From the NCBI GenBank assembly GCA_900316745.1, contig ONEB01000011.1:6105-70104 (forward strand): 64,000 nucleotides of DNA, read 5' to 3'. Shown piece by piece: positions 18,901 to 26,379 of this stretch (within the stretch, counting starts at the first letter, position 1; every line of letters starts with the position of its first letter). A model generated the notes under the pieces. That model ran no database searches. It worked only from the letters and a program-made list of their open reading frames with translations, and had not been told where the DNA came from. This DNA comes from an uncultured Eubacteriales bacterium. Its GTDB lineage: Bacteria > Bacillota > Clostridia > Oscillospirales > Oscillospiraceae. Position numbers and translations under genes: made by a program.

Positions 18901-19411
18901 CGGGCAGCAGCGGCACGCAGATGAGCAGCACAACGCTGGCCTTCATGTTTACAAAGGCGAGGATGGCAAAGAGCGTCAGCGGGGCGAGCAGGCTGTAGAA
19001 AAACTGCGGCAGGAAGCGGCCGAAGTAGGTCTCCAGCTGCTCCACGCCCTCGACGGAGAGCTGCGTGAGCTCCGCCGTGGAGACGCGCTCACGATAGGAC
19101 GCGCCGAGGCGCAGGAGCTTGGAATAGAGCTTCTCGCGCAGGGTGCGCTTGACGTCCACGCTCGCGAGATAGCTCATCTTTGCGATGACGCGGTCAAAGA
19201 CGAATTTCAGCACCACGGCGACGCAGAAGACCACGCCGCGGCTGATGAGCATGCTTTGGCTCAGCGCTCCCGCGAGGGCCGAGCAGAGCAGCGTGACCGT
19301 GGCCCAAACGACGGCGACCTGACATAGCAGCGCCAGCCACTGGAACACAACCTGCCACACGATGTATTTCTTCGCGTGGCTCAGGCTCTGGATCAGTCGT
19401 TTTTTGATCAT
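15956..19411 (-). CDS. Fused two-half ABC exporter (TMD-NBD-TMD-NBD), CydD/CydC-like
   Basis: Two Walker A motifs (GLSGCGKST, GPSGSGKST), two signatures (LSGGQCQR, LSGGEKQR), two Walker B motifs (IFDEATS, LLDEPTS), two six-helix hydrophobic regions; 1151 aa. Confidence 0.9.
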   Translation of the reverse strand: MIKKRLIQSLSHAKKYIVWQVVFQWLALLCQVAVVWATVTLLCSALAGALSQSMLISRGVVFCVAVVLKFVFDRVIAKMSYLASVDVKRTLREKLYSKLLRLGASYRERVSTAELTQLSVEGVEQLETYFGRFLPQFFYSLLAPLTLFAILAFVNMKASVVLLICVPLLPASIVAVQKIAKRFINKYLDIYHSLGSSFLENLQGMTTLKIYRADEKKAEDMDAESETFRKVTMKVLTMQLNSTSVMDIMAYGGAAIGMAVTIAQFAQGKITLTAALMTILLASEFFIPLRILGSFFHIAMNGMSASDRIFSFLDTPEPEQKTEVLTDDPISIHLENVGFAYTEEHPVLRGVSLDLPAGSFTSLVGLSGCGKSTIAGILMGRNKGYTGSITVQGRELRDLNEESLMRHITLVTHSSTIFKGTVRDNLLLGNPDADDAALLAALEQVNLRRFVEAQDGLDTEIAERGSNLSGGQCQRLALARALLHDTPVYIFDEATSNIDVESEELIMQVIHKLARERTVLLISHRLANVVPSDRIYFLEDGAITEQGDHAALLAKNGSYADLFQTQRKLEAYAAKNAERVEAETAEPAQVQTAKTAAKEKTPGVRRSGAAIMGRLIGLVKPLLPVMLLAIFLGVVGYLCAISLTILASHGVVLVMTERTTKTLTTILIVVAVARGLLHYGEQYCNHFIAFKLLAIIRHKVFAVLRRLCPAKLEGRDRGDLISILTADIELLEVFYAHTISPIAIAVIVSVIMLIFIGTRSLGAALIALCGYLAVGLIVPLWNGRRSAVAGMSFRECFGEMNSFMLESLRGLDETIQYGHGAKRMGEITRRSRAMGKEQKELNRFEQSQRAVTNLLIELFSIGMLFFMLAAYRSGAADFHTALLVTVAMMGSFGPVVALSSLSNNLNQTLASGERVLRLLEEEPEVEEVSGGEVVAFAGAAAEQVSFSYGGEEILHDLSLDFQEGKILGIHGPSGSGKSTLLKLLMRFWDVTGGRVALSGTDVRRINTACLRNLESYVTQETVLFKDTIANNIAIGKLDATREEIVEAAKKAAVHDFIRSLPQGYDTPVGELGDTLSGGEKQRIGVARAFLHDAPLMLLDEPTSNLDALNEGVILQSLSESAGEKTVVLVSHRESTMNIADTVFEMSRARQS

Positions 19412-19412
19412 A

Positions 19413-20210
19413 TCAATCTTTCCTTTCCGGCGCGGGAATGGTTTTCACAAATCCGAAGAAATAGATCACATGCGCGACCCAAACCACCGCGAGGATGATG
19501 CAGGGCACCCAGATGTCCTTGCGAGCCATGAGAAAGAAGCCCACGCCCATCAGAAGCGTCACCATGGTCACAATGCTGAGCTTGGTTTTCAGGAGCATGC
19601 CTTCCTTTTTGACATAGGATTCCAGATGTTTCTTGTACAGCGAGGTGCCGATGAACCAATGATGCAGCTTTTCCGAGCTCTTTGTAAAGCAGAAAAGCGT
19701 CGCGAGGAAAAACGGCACGGTCGGCAGAATCGGCAGGACGACGCCGATGGTGCCCAGCGCGAGGCACAGGAAGCCCAGCACGATCCAGAAGATCCGAAAG
19801 CGGGATTTTGCTTCGGTCTGCGCCGGGGTCTGTTCGGTTTGTTCGGTCAGATTTTCCATGGGTACCACGTCCTTATTTTGTCTGCGCTGTTCCCTTTTGG
19901 ACTCTATCACGTGAGAAGCCGCCATCACGGGATGATGAAAGATCATCCGCGGGCCGGAAAAGCGCATGACCGCGCGGATCTTTTCGCGCATTTCCGGCTT
20001 GTAGCAATGGACGCGGCAGTTGGAACAAAAGGTCTTCTCTTCCATAAACGGGCAGCGGTCGCTCCGGGATCGGGCATACTGCTCCAGCTCGGCGCACTCA
20101 GGGCAAAGCTCTGTCTTTGTCCCGTGCTGCTTTTTGCAGTAAAGCCGGATCATCAGAGATACGACTTCCTTTTCCTTCTCCCGTTTGGATGTGATCTTCG
20201 CGTCTTCCAT
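19413..20210 (-). CDS. Fusion of a YgbA-like (nitrous-oxide-stimulated-promoter family) Cys-rich domain and a YbaN/DUF454 membrane domain
   Basis: N-terminus MIRLYCKKQHG...CPECAELEQYA...CPFMEEKTFCSNCRVHCYKPEMREKIRAVMRFSGPRM. C-terminus GTIGVVLPILPTVPFFLATLFCFTKSS... Confidence 0.6.
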   Translation of the reverse strand: MEDAKITSKREKEKEVVSLMIRLYCKKQHGTKTELCPECAELEQYARSRSDRCPFMEEKTFCSNCRVHCYKPEMREKIRAVMRFSGPRMIFHHPVMAASHVIESKREQRRQNKDVVPMENLTEQTEQTPAQTEAKSRFRIFWIVLGFLCLALGTIGVVLPILPTVPFFLATLFCFTKSSEKLHHWFIGTSLYKKHLESYVKKEGMLLKTKLSIVTMVTLLMGVGFFLMARKDIWVPCIILAVVWVAHVIYFFGFVKTIPAPERKD

Positions 20211-20211
20211 C

Positions 20212-21009
20212 TCAGGCGGTCAGAACGACCTTGCGGCCGTCCACCTCCACGACGTCGAGCCGGATGCCGTAGAGCGCTTCGATGCTCTCGGCGGTGATCG
20301 CATCCTGCGGCTCGCCCTGCATGGAGACCACGCCGTCCTTGAGACCGATCACGGCGTCGGAATAGGTGATGGCCTGGTTGATGTCATGCAGCACCATGAC
20401 GATGGTGATGCCGTATTCCTTGTTCAGCTTGCGGATGAGCTCCAGAATCTCGATCTGGTAGCGAATATCCAGATAGGTCGTCGGCTCATCCAGCAGGAGG
20501 ATCTTCGTATTCTGCGCAAGCGCCATGGCGATCCACACGCGCTGACGCTGGCCGCCGGAGAGACGCCCGACCTCCCGATTACGGAAAGGCACAATGTCCG
20601 TGACCTCCATCGCCCACTCGATGATGCGCTCGTCCTCCTCGGTCTGCGCCTGCATCATCTTCTTATACGGTGTGCGGCCGAAGGACACCAGCTGCTCCAC
20701 GGTCACATCGTCGCTGACGGTGTTGTACTGGTGGACAATGGCGACCTCTCTGGCGAAGTCCTTCAGGGTAAAGTTGCGGATGTTCTTCCCGCGGATGAAA
20801 ATGTCTCCCTTGCGGGCAAAAAGGTTTTTCGTCATGAGCAGAAACAGCGTGGACTTGCCGCAGCCGTTCGCGCCCATGATGGTCGTGATCTTGCCCTCCT
20901 CGATTTTGAGAGAGGCGTCGCGCAGCACCTTGTTTTTTCCGTAGGCAAAGCGCAGGCCGCGCACCTCCATGGCGGGCTTGGGCTTTTTGCTCTGCGTGTT
21001 ATTTGGCAT
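20212..21009 (-). CDS. Iron-complex/haem ABC importer ATPase (FecE/HtsC-like)
   Basis: GANGCGKST, LSGGQRQRVWIAMAL, LLLDEPTTYLD, VLHDIN. Confidence 0.9.
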   Translation of the reverse strand: MPNNTQSKKPKPAMEVRGLRFAYGKNKVLRDASLKIEEGKITTIMGANGCGKSTLFLLMTKNLFARKGDIFIRGKNIRNFTLKDFAREVAIVHQYNTVSDDVTVEQLVSFGRTPYKKMMQAQTEEDERIIEWAMEVTDIVPFRNREVGRLSGGQRQRVWIAMALAQNTKILLLDEPTTYLDIRYQIEILELIRKLNKEYGITIVMVLHDINQAITYSDAVIGLKDGVVSMQGEPQDAITAESIEALYGIRLDVVEVDGRKVVLTA

Positions 21010-22048
21010 ATCGCTTCGACCTCCTCAGAAGCAGAATGAAGAACGGACCGCCGATCACGTTCATGATGATGGAAGCCGAGACCTCATAGGGCGCAGCGAT
21101 GGTTCTGCCGAGGGTATCCGCGAGCAGGAACACGAACGCGCCCAGCAGCATGGAGTACGGCACCAGCTTTTTGTGATCGCTTCCGACGAGGATGCGGCCG
21201 ATGTGCGGCACGATGAGGCCGAGGAAGCTGATGACACCGACCACGGCGGTAGAGATGCTGGCGAGGATCGCCGCGATGATGGAGATGATGATGCGCGAGC
21301 GGTTGACGTTCACGCCGACGCTGCGGGCGGTCTTATCCTCCAGACTCAGGAGGTTGCAGGTGCCGCAGAAGAACACCGACAGGATCAGTCCCAGCGCAGC
21401 ATACGGCAGAAGCGTATACACGTCGTCCCAGGTCTTCATGGTGATGTTGCCGTTGACGATGGAGGCAACGCCCTGCATGTTGCCGCCGTTCATGGAGTTC
21501 AGTGCGCTTGAAAGGCCCGTGAACATGGCGCTCACGGCGACGCCCACGAGGATGATGCGCAGCGGGCTCAGTCCGCCCTTCCACGACAGGCTGTACACCA
21601 GCGCAAAGGCGAGGCAGCCGCCGATGCAGGCGATGATGGGCATGAAGAAAAACAACTCCGGCAGAAACGCCGTGACCGCCACGGCAAAGAAGCTCGCGCC
21701 GCCGGAGATGCCGATCACGCCGGGGTCGGCGAGCGGGTTTTTCAGCACGGCCTGAAACAGCACGCCGGACACCGCAATGGCAGCGCCTGCGAGCATAGAG
21801 ATGAAGATGCGGGGAAAGCGCAGATCGCGGATCGTGTCCACGGTGTCGTTCGGCTCTGAGAACAGGCCGCGCAGCAGCTCGCCGAAGCCCACCTTCAGCG
21901 AGCCGATGTTGATCGCGGCGAAAAACAGCGCCACAAGCAGCACCGCCGTGAGCACAAAGGCCAGCACGGACACGACTGTCTTGCGTTTTTGGCGCGTCAC
22001 ATCCAATGCCTCTGCGGGGATCTCGGTTTTTTCCGGTTTTGTTTTCAT
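20999..22048 (-). CDS. FecCD-family ABC importer permease
   Basis: 349 aa with about 9-10 hydrophobic helices and FecCD-like motifs (RDLRFPRI, GLIVPHIGR). Confidence 0.85.
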   Translation of the reverse strand: MKTKPEKTEIPAEALDVTRQKRKTVVSVLAFVLTAVLLVALFFAAINIGSLKVGFGELLRGLFSEPNDTVDTIRDLRFPRIFISMLAGAAIAVSGVLFQAVLKNPLADPGVIGISGGASFFAVAVTAFLPELFFFMPIIACIGGCLAFALVYSLSWKGGLSPLRIILVGVAVSAMFTGLSSALNSMNGGNMQGVASIVNGNITMKTWDDVYTLLPYAALGLILSVFFCGTCNLLSLEDKTARSVGVNVNRSRIIISIIAAILASISTAVVGVISFLGLIVPHIGRILVGSDHKKLVPYSMLLGAFVFLLADTLGRTIAAPYEVSASIIMNVIGGPFFILLLRRSKRYAK

Positions 22049-22063
22049 CCGAAGCTCCCTCCT

Positions 22064-23170
22064 TTAATTGGCATGGGTCTGCATGCCCGGCAGATCGTCG
22101 TCGTCATAGAGTGTGGAGGCGTTGGAATCCACAGCCTCCTGCGCCGCGTTCTCACTGTTGGCGCGCGCCTTTTCCAGATCCTCTTCACTTTCGGGATACA
22201 GGATCGGCTGCAGCTCTTCGAGCGCGTCGGGATAATTGAACTTCGCGCTCATGCCGAAATTGTCATAGCTCAGATCGTAAACTCTGCCCTCCTGCACGGC
22301 CTTGAAGTGCCGCCAGATGTCGTTCTCGGCAAATTCCTTGTTGAACATGGCGATGATCTGATCCTCCGGCAGCGCGTGGGCGCAGCGGAGGATGATGTCC
22401 GGCTCCTTGGTTTTCATGTCCTCGGTATTCACGGTGAGAAACTCCTGATCCGTGCCGGCATAGACGTTCTCCCCGCCCGCAAGCGCGACGAGGCTGCCGA
22501 CATAGGAGTTTTCCGTGGCAATGATGTAGCTGCCGGGGACGCCCATGAGGATGAGCACCTTCGGGTGCTCCTTGCCCTCATTTCTCTGGCTGTATTCACT
22601 GTAGAAAGCAATGAACTCATCCACAAGCGCCTGCGCCTGCTCCTGCTTGCCGAAGATCTCGCCCAACTCCTGAATGGAGCGGTACATACCCTGCACGCTG
22701 CGCAGGTTCAAAAAAGCCCAGTCGGTATCGATTGCTTCATACTTCGGCTGCAGATCGCTCTGCAGGCTGGAGGGGCTGAGCACCCAGTCGGGGTGCAGGG
22801 ACGCGACGATCTCCATATCCGGGCTCATGGCAAGACCGACAATCGGAAGATCCGCATAGCGCTCCGGGATCTCGGAGACGTTGGACTTGCAGACGCCGAC
22901 GAGCTCGAGCTCGAGCTTGTCGCAGATATCCGCGACGGCGGGCGACGTGGCGATGATACGCGGAGTGCCGCCCATGCTCATGACCTTTGCCTTCGCCGCC
23001 TCCACAGCGGCCCTCTCGGTGGGGTCGGTGATCTCCAGCAGCGTTTCGGCGCGCTGGACGCTTGCGGATTGCTCGTTTTCTTTCTTTCCGCAGGCACAGA
23101 GACTCAGTACCATGACGAGAGACACCAGCGCCGCGACGGTGCGGAAAAACGGCTTATTCTTCATCGTCAT
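22064..23170 (-). CDS. Lipoprotein substrate-binding protein of the iron-complex/haem ABC importer
   Basis: Signal peptide with a lipobox-like LCAC; class III periplasmic-binding-protein-like layout (RIIATSPAVADI...DPDWVL...KEPDIIL). Confidence 0.75.
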   Translation of the reverse strand: MTMKNKPFFRTVAALVSLVMVLSLCACGKKENEQSASVQRAETLLEITDPTERAAVEAAKAKVMSMGGTPRIIATSPAVADICDKLELELVGVCKSNVSEIPERYADLPIVGLAMSPDMEIVASLHPDWVLSPSSLQSDLQPKYEAIDTDWAFLNLRSVQGMYRSIQELGEIFGKQEQAQALVDEFIAFYSEYSQRNEGKEHPKVLILMGVPGSYIIATENSYVGSLVALAGGENVYAGTDQEFLTVNTEDMKTKEPDIILRCAHALPEDQIIAMFNKEFAENDIWRHFKAVQEGRVYDLSYDNFGMSAKFNYPDALEELQPILYPESEEDLEKARANSENAAQEAVDSNASTLYDDDDLPGMQTHAN

Positions 23171-24152
23171 CCAAGCCTCCGCCCCAGCGATACCAGTTTT
23201 TGCGGATATAGATGATGAGTCCCGCCGCGACTGCCATAAGAATGCATCCGGAGATCAGGATCGAAAGCACATTCACGAGGATCTGGCTCCCGACGCCGCC
23301 GGGGGCGGCGGCTGCGGCAGTCTCGTTCTCCGCCGTGGAGAGGCTGAGCCCCTGCGCAGAGGAGAGCGAGGAATCCGTATCCGGCGCGGGGTTTTCGTTC
23401 ACAGGATCGGTGAGCTTGGTCTGGAGCTCCGGCGCGCCCTCTGCCGAGGGAATACCGCCTTCGGTGGAGCCGGAGGCCTTGTTGTTGGAGGGCAGTGTGC
23501 TGTTGCCCGCGCTGACGGTGCCGCTGCCCGCGGAAGTTCCGCCGGACACACCTCCGCTTGCCGCGCCGTTATTCGATGCGGCTCCGCCGTTGTCCGCGGC
23601 GTCCGCCGTGATGAAGGAGGGCGTCATGTCCGTGGAGTTGCCCGCGTTGTAGTTGCTGGGATACATGTACCACACAACGTCGCGGCCCATGGGCTCGACG
23701 TACATGCTGCCGCGCAGGACGCAGCTCTCGTTCGGGACCTCGATGCAGATGTCTGCAGTGGTGCCGTTGGTGTCCGAGCCATAGCCGACAATGCCTGCAG
23801 CGGGGCTGCTCCAGGCGCTGTCACCCACGTTCTGCACCCAGAAGGTATGGCCGGAGGTATAGTCCATGAGGCTCATGCGGATGGTGAGATAATAATGCCC
23901 GTCCGCCGTGACCTCCATGATGCCGGTGTCATAGACACAGCCCTCGACCATGCCCTGACCGGTGGCGTAGGAGCCCTCGCCGCCGCTGTCCTCGATCACG
24001 CCGGAGACCGGGTGACGATAGCAGCGGTTGATCGTGCAGGTATAGACATTGCCGCTGACCGCCTTGGCACTCATACCGACCGCAGCGAACATCGAGACGG
24101 TCAGCGAGAAGCAAAGCAGTAGCATGGCGAGCTTTTTCAGATAGGTTCTCAT
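23154..24152 (-). CDS. Shp-like cell-surface haem-binding protein with C-terminal TM anchor
   Basis: N-terminal domain YTCTINRCYRHPVSGVIEDSGGEGSYATGQGMVEGCVY...GSDTNGTTADICIEVP...RGSMYVEPMGRDVVWYMY closely matches my recollection of Streptococcus pyogenes Shp. This is followed by a low-complexity linker, a TM segment and an acidic tail. Confidence 0.7.
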   Translation of the reverse strand: MRTYLKKLAMLLLCFSLTVSMFAAVGMSAKAVSGNVYTCTINRCYRHPVSGVIEDSGGEGSYATGQGMVEGCVYDTGIMEVTADGHYYLTIRMSLMDYTSGHTFWVQNVGDSAWSSPAAGIVGYGSDTNGTTADICIEVPNESCVLRGSMYVEPMGRDVVWYMYPSNYNAGNSTDMTPSFITADAADNGGAASNNGAASGGVSGGTSAGSGTVSAGNSTLPSNNKASGSTEGGIPSAEGAPELQTKLTDPVNENPAPDTDSSLSSAQGLSLSTAENETAAAAAPGGVGSQILVNVLSILISGCILMAVAAGLIIYIRKNWYRWGGGLDDDEE

Positions 24153-25510
24153 GCTTCTTCCTTCCCCTTTTTCTTCTTTGTGGCGATCATGACGCCAGTG
24201 AAAAGAGCGGCGTTAAGCGCTGTGAGCGCGGCCACCACCGTAATGACGTTTCCACGCTCATCACCGGTCTGGGGGGTATGTGCATTGCCGTTTTTCAGCG
24301 AGGCGTTGCCGCTGGCCAGAGATTGATTCCCGGTCGTGCCGCCGTTTTTCAGCGTAAGGCTGCCGTTTCCGTTCAGACCGGAATTGCCGCTCAGGCTCTT
24401 GTTCCCAGAGGGCAGCGTGTTGTTGCCCGAGGGCAGGGTATTGTTCCCCGGCAGGCCGGTGTTGCCGCTCAGGCCGTTTCCGGTGGAGAGATCTACCAGC
24501 GCGTAGGGACTGAACTTGTCCGCCGCGAAGACATATTCGCCGTTTTCCGTCGTACCCTTGACCACCGCGGAAGTTTCGCCGTCAAAGTGATAGGCCGTGA
24601 GTCTCGCGGCGTTGAAGCCCTCGGGAATGGGCAGACGCACCGTGACCGCCTGCGCGGGCTGCACGATCACGCCCTCGACGTTTTCAAAGTGGATCTCATA
24701 CAGCTTGAAGCTCTTGCCGCTGATGAACGCATTGTTCTTCGCGGTGTCGTAGGTCTCGCCCTCGGTGATTTCCTCGATGACGAGCATAATGTCCGTGCTG
24801 AATGCGCCCTCGGGCACCGTGACCGTGACGCCGGTCACGGGGTCCGTGATGGAAACGCTGTTATCCTCAACCGGCTCGTCCGGCGTAGCGGGCGCGGTGG
24901 GATCGGTATAGGGCGCGAGGCGGGCGTCATCTGCCGAGACCTGCTCGAGCGTGGACCAGTCCAGCTTGAGGTACACTGGCTGGGTACCGTTGCCCTCGGA
25001 GATGCTCTCCATGACCGCGACGAAGACCTGCAGCGGAACGAGGCCGTTCTCTCTCGCCTCGGGGATCATGGGATAGGTCAGCGTGCGGGGATAGTCCGTG
25101 CCGAAGGTGTCGGAAAAGCGGCTGCCGTCGTCGTTCAGCTGGTACGACAGGACTTCCGCATCGGCGGTCGTGCCCTGCGGATAGCCGTATGCCGTCTCGG
25201 TGTAGCCGGTCTCAAAGTATTTCAGTGTGCCGAGATAGCCGCGCTGGGAGCCGATGGTCAGGCCGTCGAACTGCATGGTGATCATGCAGACGCCGTTTTC
25301 CACCGTAAGCAGGACATTGTGATTGATGGTTTTGTCGGCCATGGACGCGGTGGTCTTGTCGTTCTTCACCATGTCGCCATGGATCAGGTAGATGCCGTCC
25401 GCGAGTGCGTCCGTGTCCGCCGCCGCGACGGGGATCGCCGCGAGCGAGACCGCGAGCACCAGCACGAGCAGCACGCTCAGCAACGTCCGGGTAGGATTTC
25501 GTTTTGTCAT
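24149..25510 (-). CDS. Secreted NEAT-like haem-binding protein with a sortase-type sorting signal (TPQTG plus TM plus KKKKGK)
   Basis: Signal peptide. NEAT-like domain at aa 36-188 (DGIYLIHGDMVKNDKTTASMADK...VAVMESI...VYLKLDWSTL). SGN-rich stalk. C-terminal HTPQTGD-hydrophobic-KKKKGKEEA. ATGA overlap with the Shp-like gene. Confidence 0.65.
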   Translation of the reverse strand: MTKRNPTRTLLSVLLVLVLAVSLAAIPVAAADTDALADGIYLIHGDMVKNDKTTASMADKTINHNVLLTVENGVCMITMQFDGLTIGSQRGYLGTLKYFETGYTETAYGYPQGTTADAEVLSYQLNDDGSRFSDTFGTDYPRTLTYPMIPEARENGLVPLQVFVAVMESISEGNGTQPVYLKLDWSTLEQVSADDARLAPYTDPTAPATPDEPVEDNSVSITDPVTGVTVTVPEGAFSTDIMLVIEEITEGETYDTAKNNAFISGKSFKLYEIHFENVEGVIVQPAQAVTVRLPIPEGFNAARLTAYHFDGETSAVVKGTTENGEYVFAADKFSPYALVDLSTGNGLSGNTGLPGNNTLPSGNNTLPSGNKSLSGNSGLNGNGSLTLKNGGTTGNQSLASGNASLKNGNAHTPQTGDERGNVITVVAALTALNAALFTGVMIATKKKKGKEEA

Positions 25511-25545
25511 GATTTCTTCCTCACTTCTATTTCTTATTTCTAAAT

Positions 25546-26379
25546 TTACAGTATGAATACCGCCACAGCGACCGACTCCGGCATGTGCATGATGCCAACG
25601 TCGCAGCGCATGGAGAGCTTTGCGCTTCCGTGCAGCACCTGTCTACCGTCAGACAGGATATTCTGAAAGCGCATACGGAAGGCCGGGAATGAAAACACGT
25701 CGCCCTCCTGGTCGCAGGGAATGTACATTTTCCCCTCCATGTATTTCACGCTTTCGACCTTGCCCTGCATCTCCAGCCCGCTGACGCGGGATTTGGCGAT
25801 CATGGGCTTGCTCGTCATATAGAACGTACCGAAGCCGTGATGCACCTTGAAAATGGAAGGCTGCTCAAAACCTGCGTTGGCCATGGAAAGAATGTCAGGG
25901 CTTTTGCCGCGGCCATTTGCACGGTAAATAAAAAACGGTACTCTGTACTCCCCGTCCGGCAAATGACGGCAGAGCTCTCCGCCGGAGACCTGTGTGCGAT
26001 CCTGAACGGCAAGCTTTGCCCGATAAAGCCGTGCAGACTGCAGTCTGGCCGGACTGATCTCTTCGGAACCGTAAAGCGTCAGGTAAGAGGCGTCATGCGT
26101 CGCATCCTCATAAGCTGCGCCCTCATTCAGCAGGTGATACAATTGGATTTGAAATCTCCGATCCAACGCACGCGCAGACTCGATTCCCTGTTCTGTCAGA
26201 TGCGGGCTGATATTCGGATCCATTTCGAGCAATCCTTCCGCCGCGAGCGCCTGCATACCTTCGCGGATCTCGCGCTCTTCACACGCAAAGCTTGACGCAA
26301 GCATACGTTCCGAAACATCGTCCGAGCCAGCGTGGAGCAGCTGCAGCAGGATCTTGAATCGCAGCAAATCCTTATTCAC
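25546..26379 (-). CDS. DtxR/MntR-like N-terminal wHTH regulator with an uncharacterised ~150-aa C-terminal domain (paralogue 2)
   Basis: N-terminus ...LTEQGIESARALDRRFQIQLYHLL... fits the DtxR HTH/dimerisation layout. 277 aa. It ends 35 nt upstream of the NEAT gene. Confidence 0.55.
   Translation of the reverse strand: MNKDLLRFKILLQLLHAGSDDVSERMLASSFACEEREIREGMQALAAEGLLEMDPNISPHLTEQGIESARALDRRFQIQLYHLLNEGAAYEDATHDASYLTLYGSEEISPARLQSARLYRAKLAVQDRTQVSGGELCRHLPDGEYRVPFFIYRANGRGKSPDILSMANAGFEQPSIFKVHHGFGTFYMTSKPMIAKSRVSGLEMQGKVESVKYMEGKMYIPCDQEGDVFSFPAFRMRFQNILSDGRQVLHGSAKLSMRCDVGIMHMPESVAVAVFIL

Noticed and set aside
15917-19327. Long plus-strand ORFs (603 aa and 520 aa) opposite the fused ABC exporter gene
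   Set aside because: They have an Arg/Ala/Gly/Asp-rich low-complexity composition and no motifs. They lie antisense to a gene with unmistakable Walker/signature motifs, so they are typical high-GC shadow ORFs.
24280-24480. SGN/GNT-rich stretch in the NEAT-like protein (LPSGNNTLPSGNNT...), considered as a slippage-prone tandem DNA repeat
   Set aside because: Only about two near-identical 21-nt units are visible and the rest is degenerate. It is best described as a low-complexity stalk, with no evidence for phase variation.
21989-25543. Plus-strand ORFs of 408, 413 and 421 aa opposite the substrate-binding-protein, Shp-like and NEAT genes
   Set aside because: Same shadow-ORF signature (Arg/Gly/Ala/Asp-rich, no start context, fully overlapped by motif-bearing genes).
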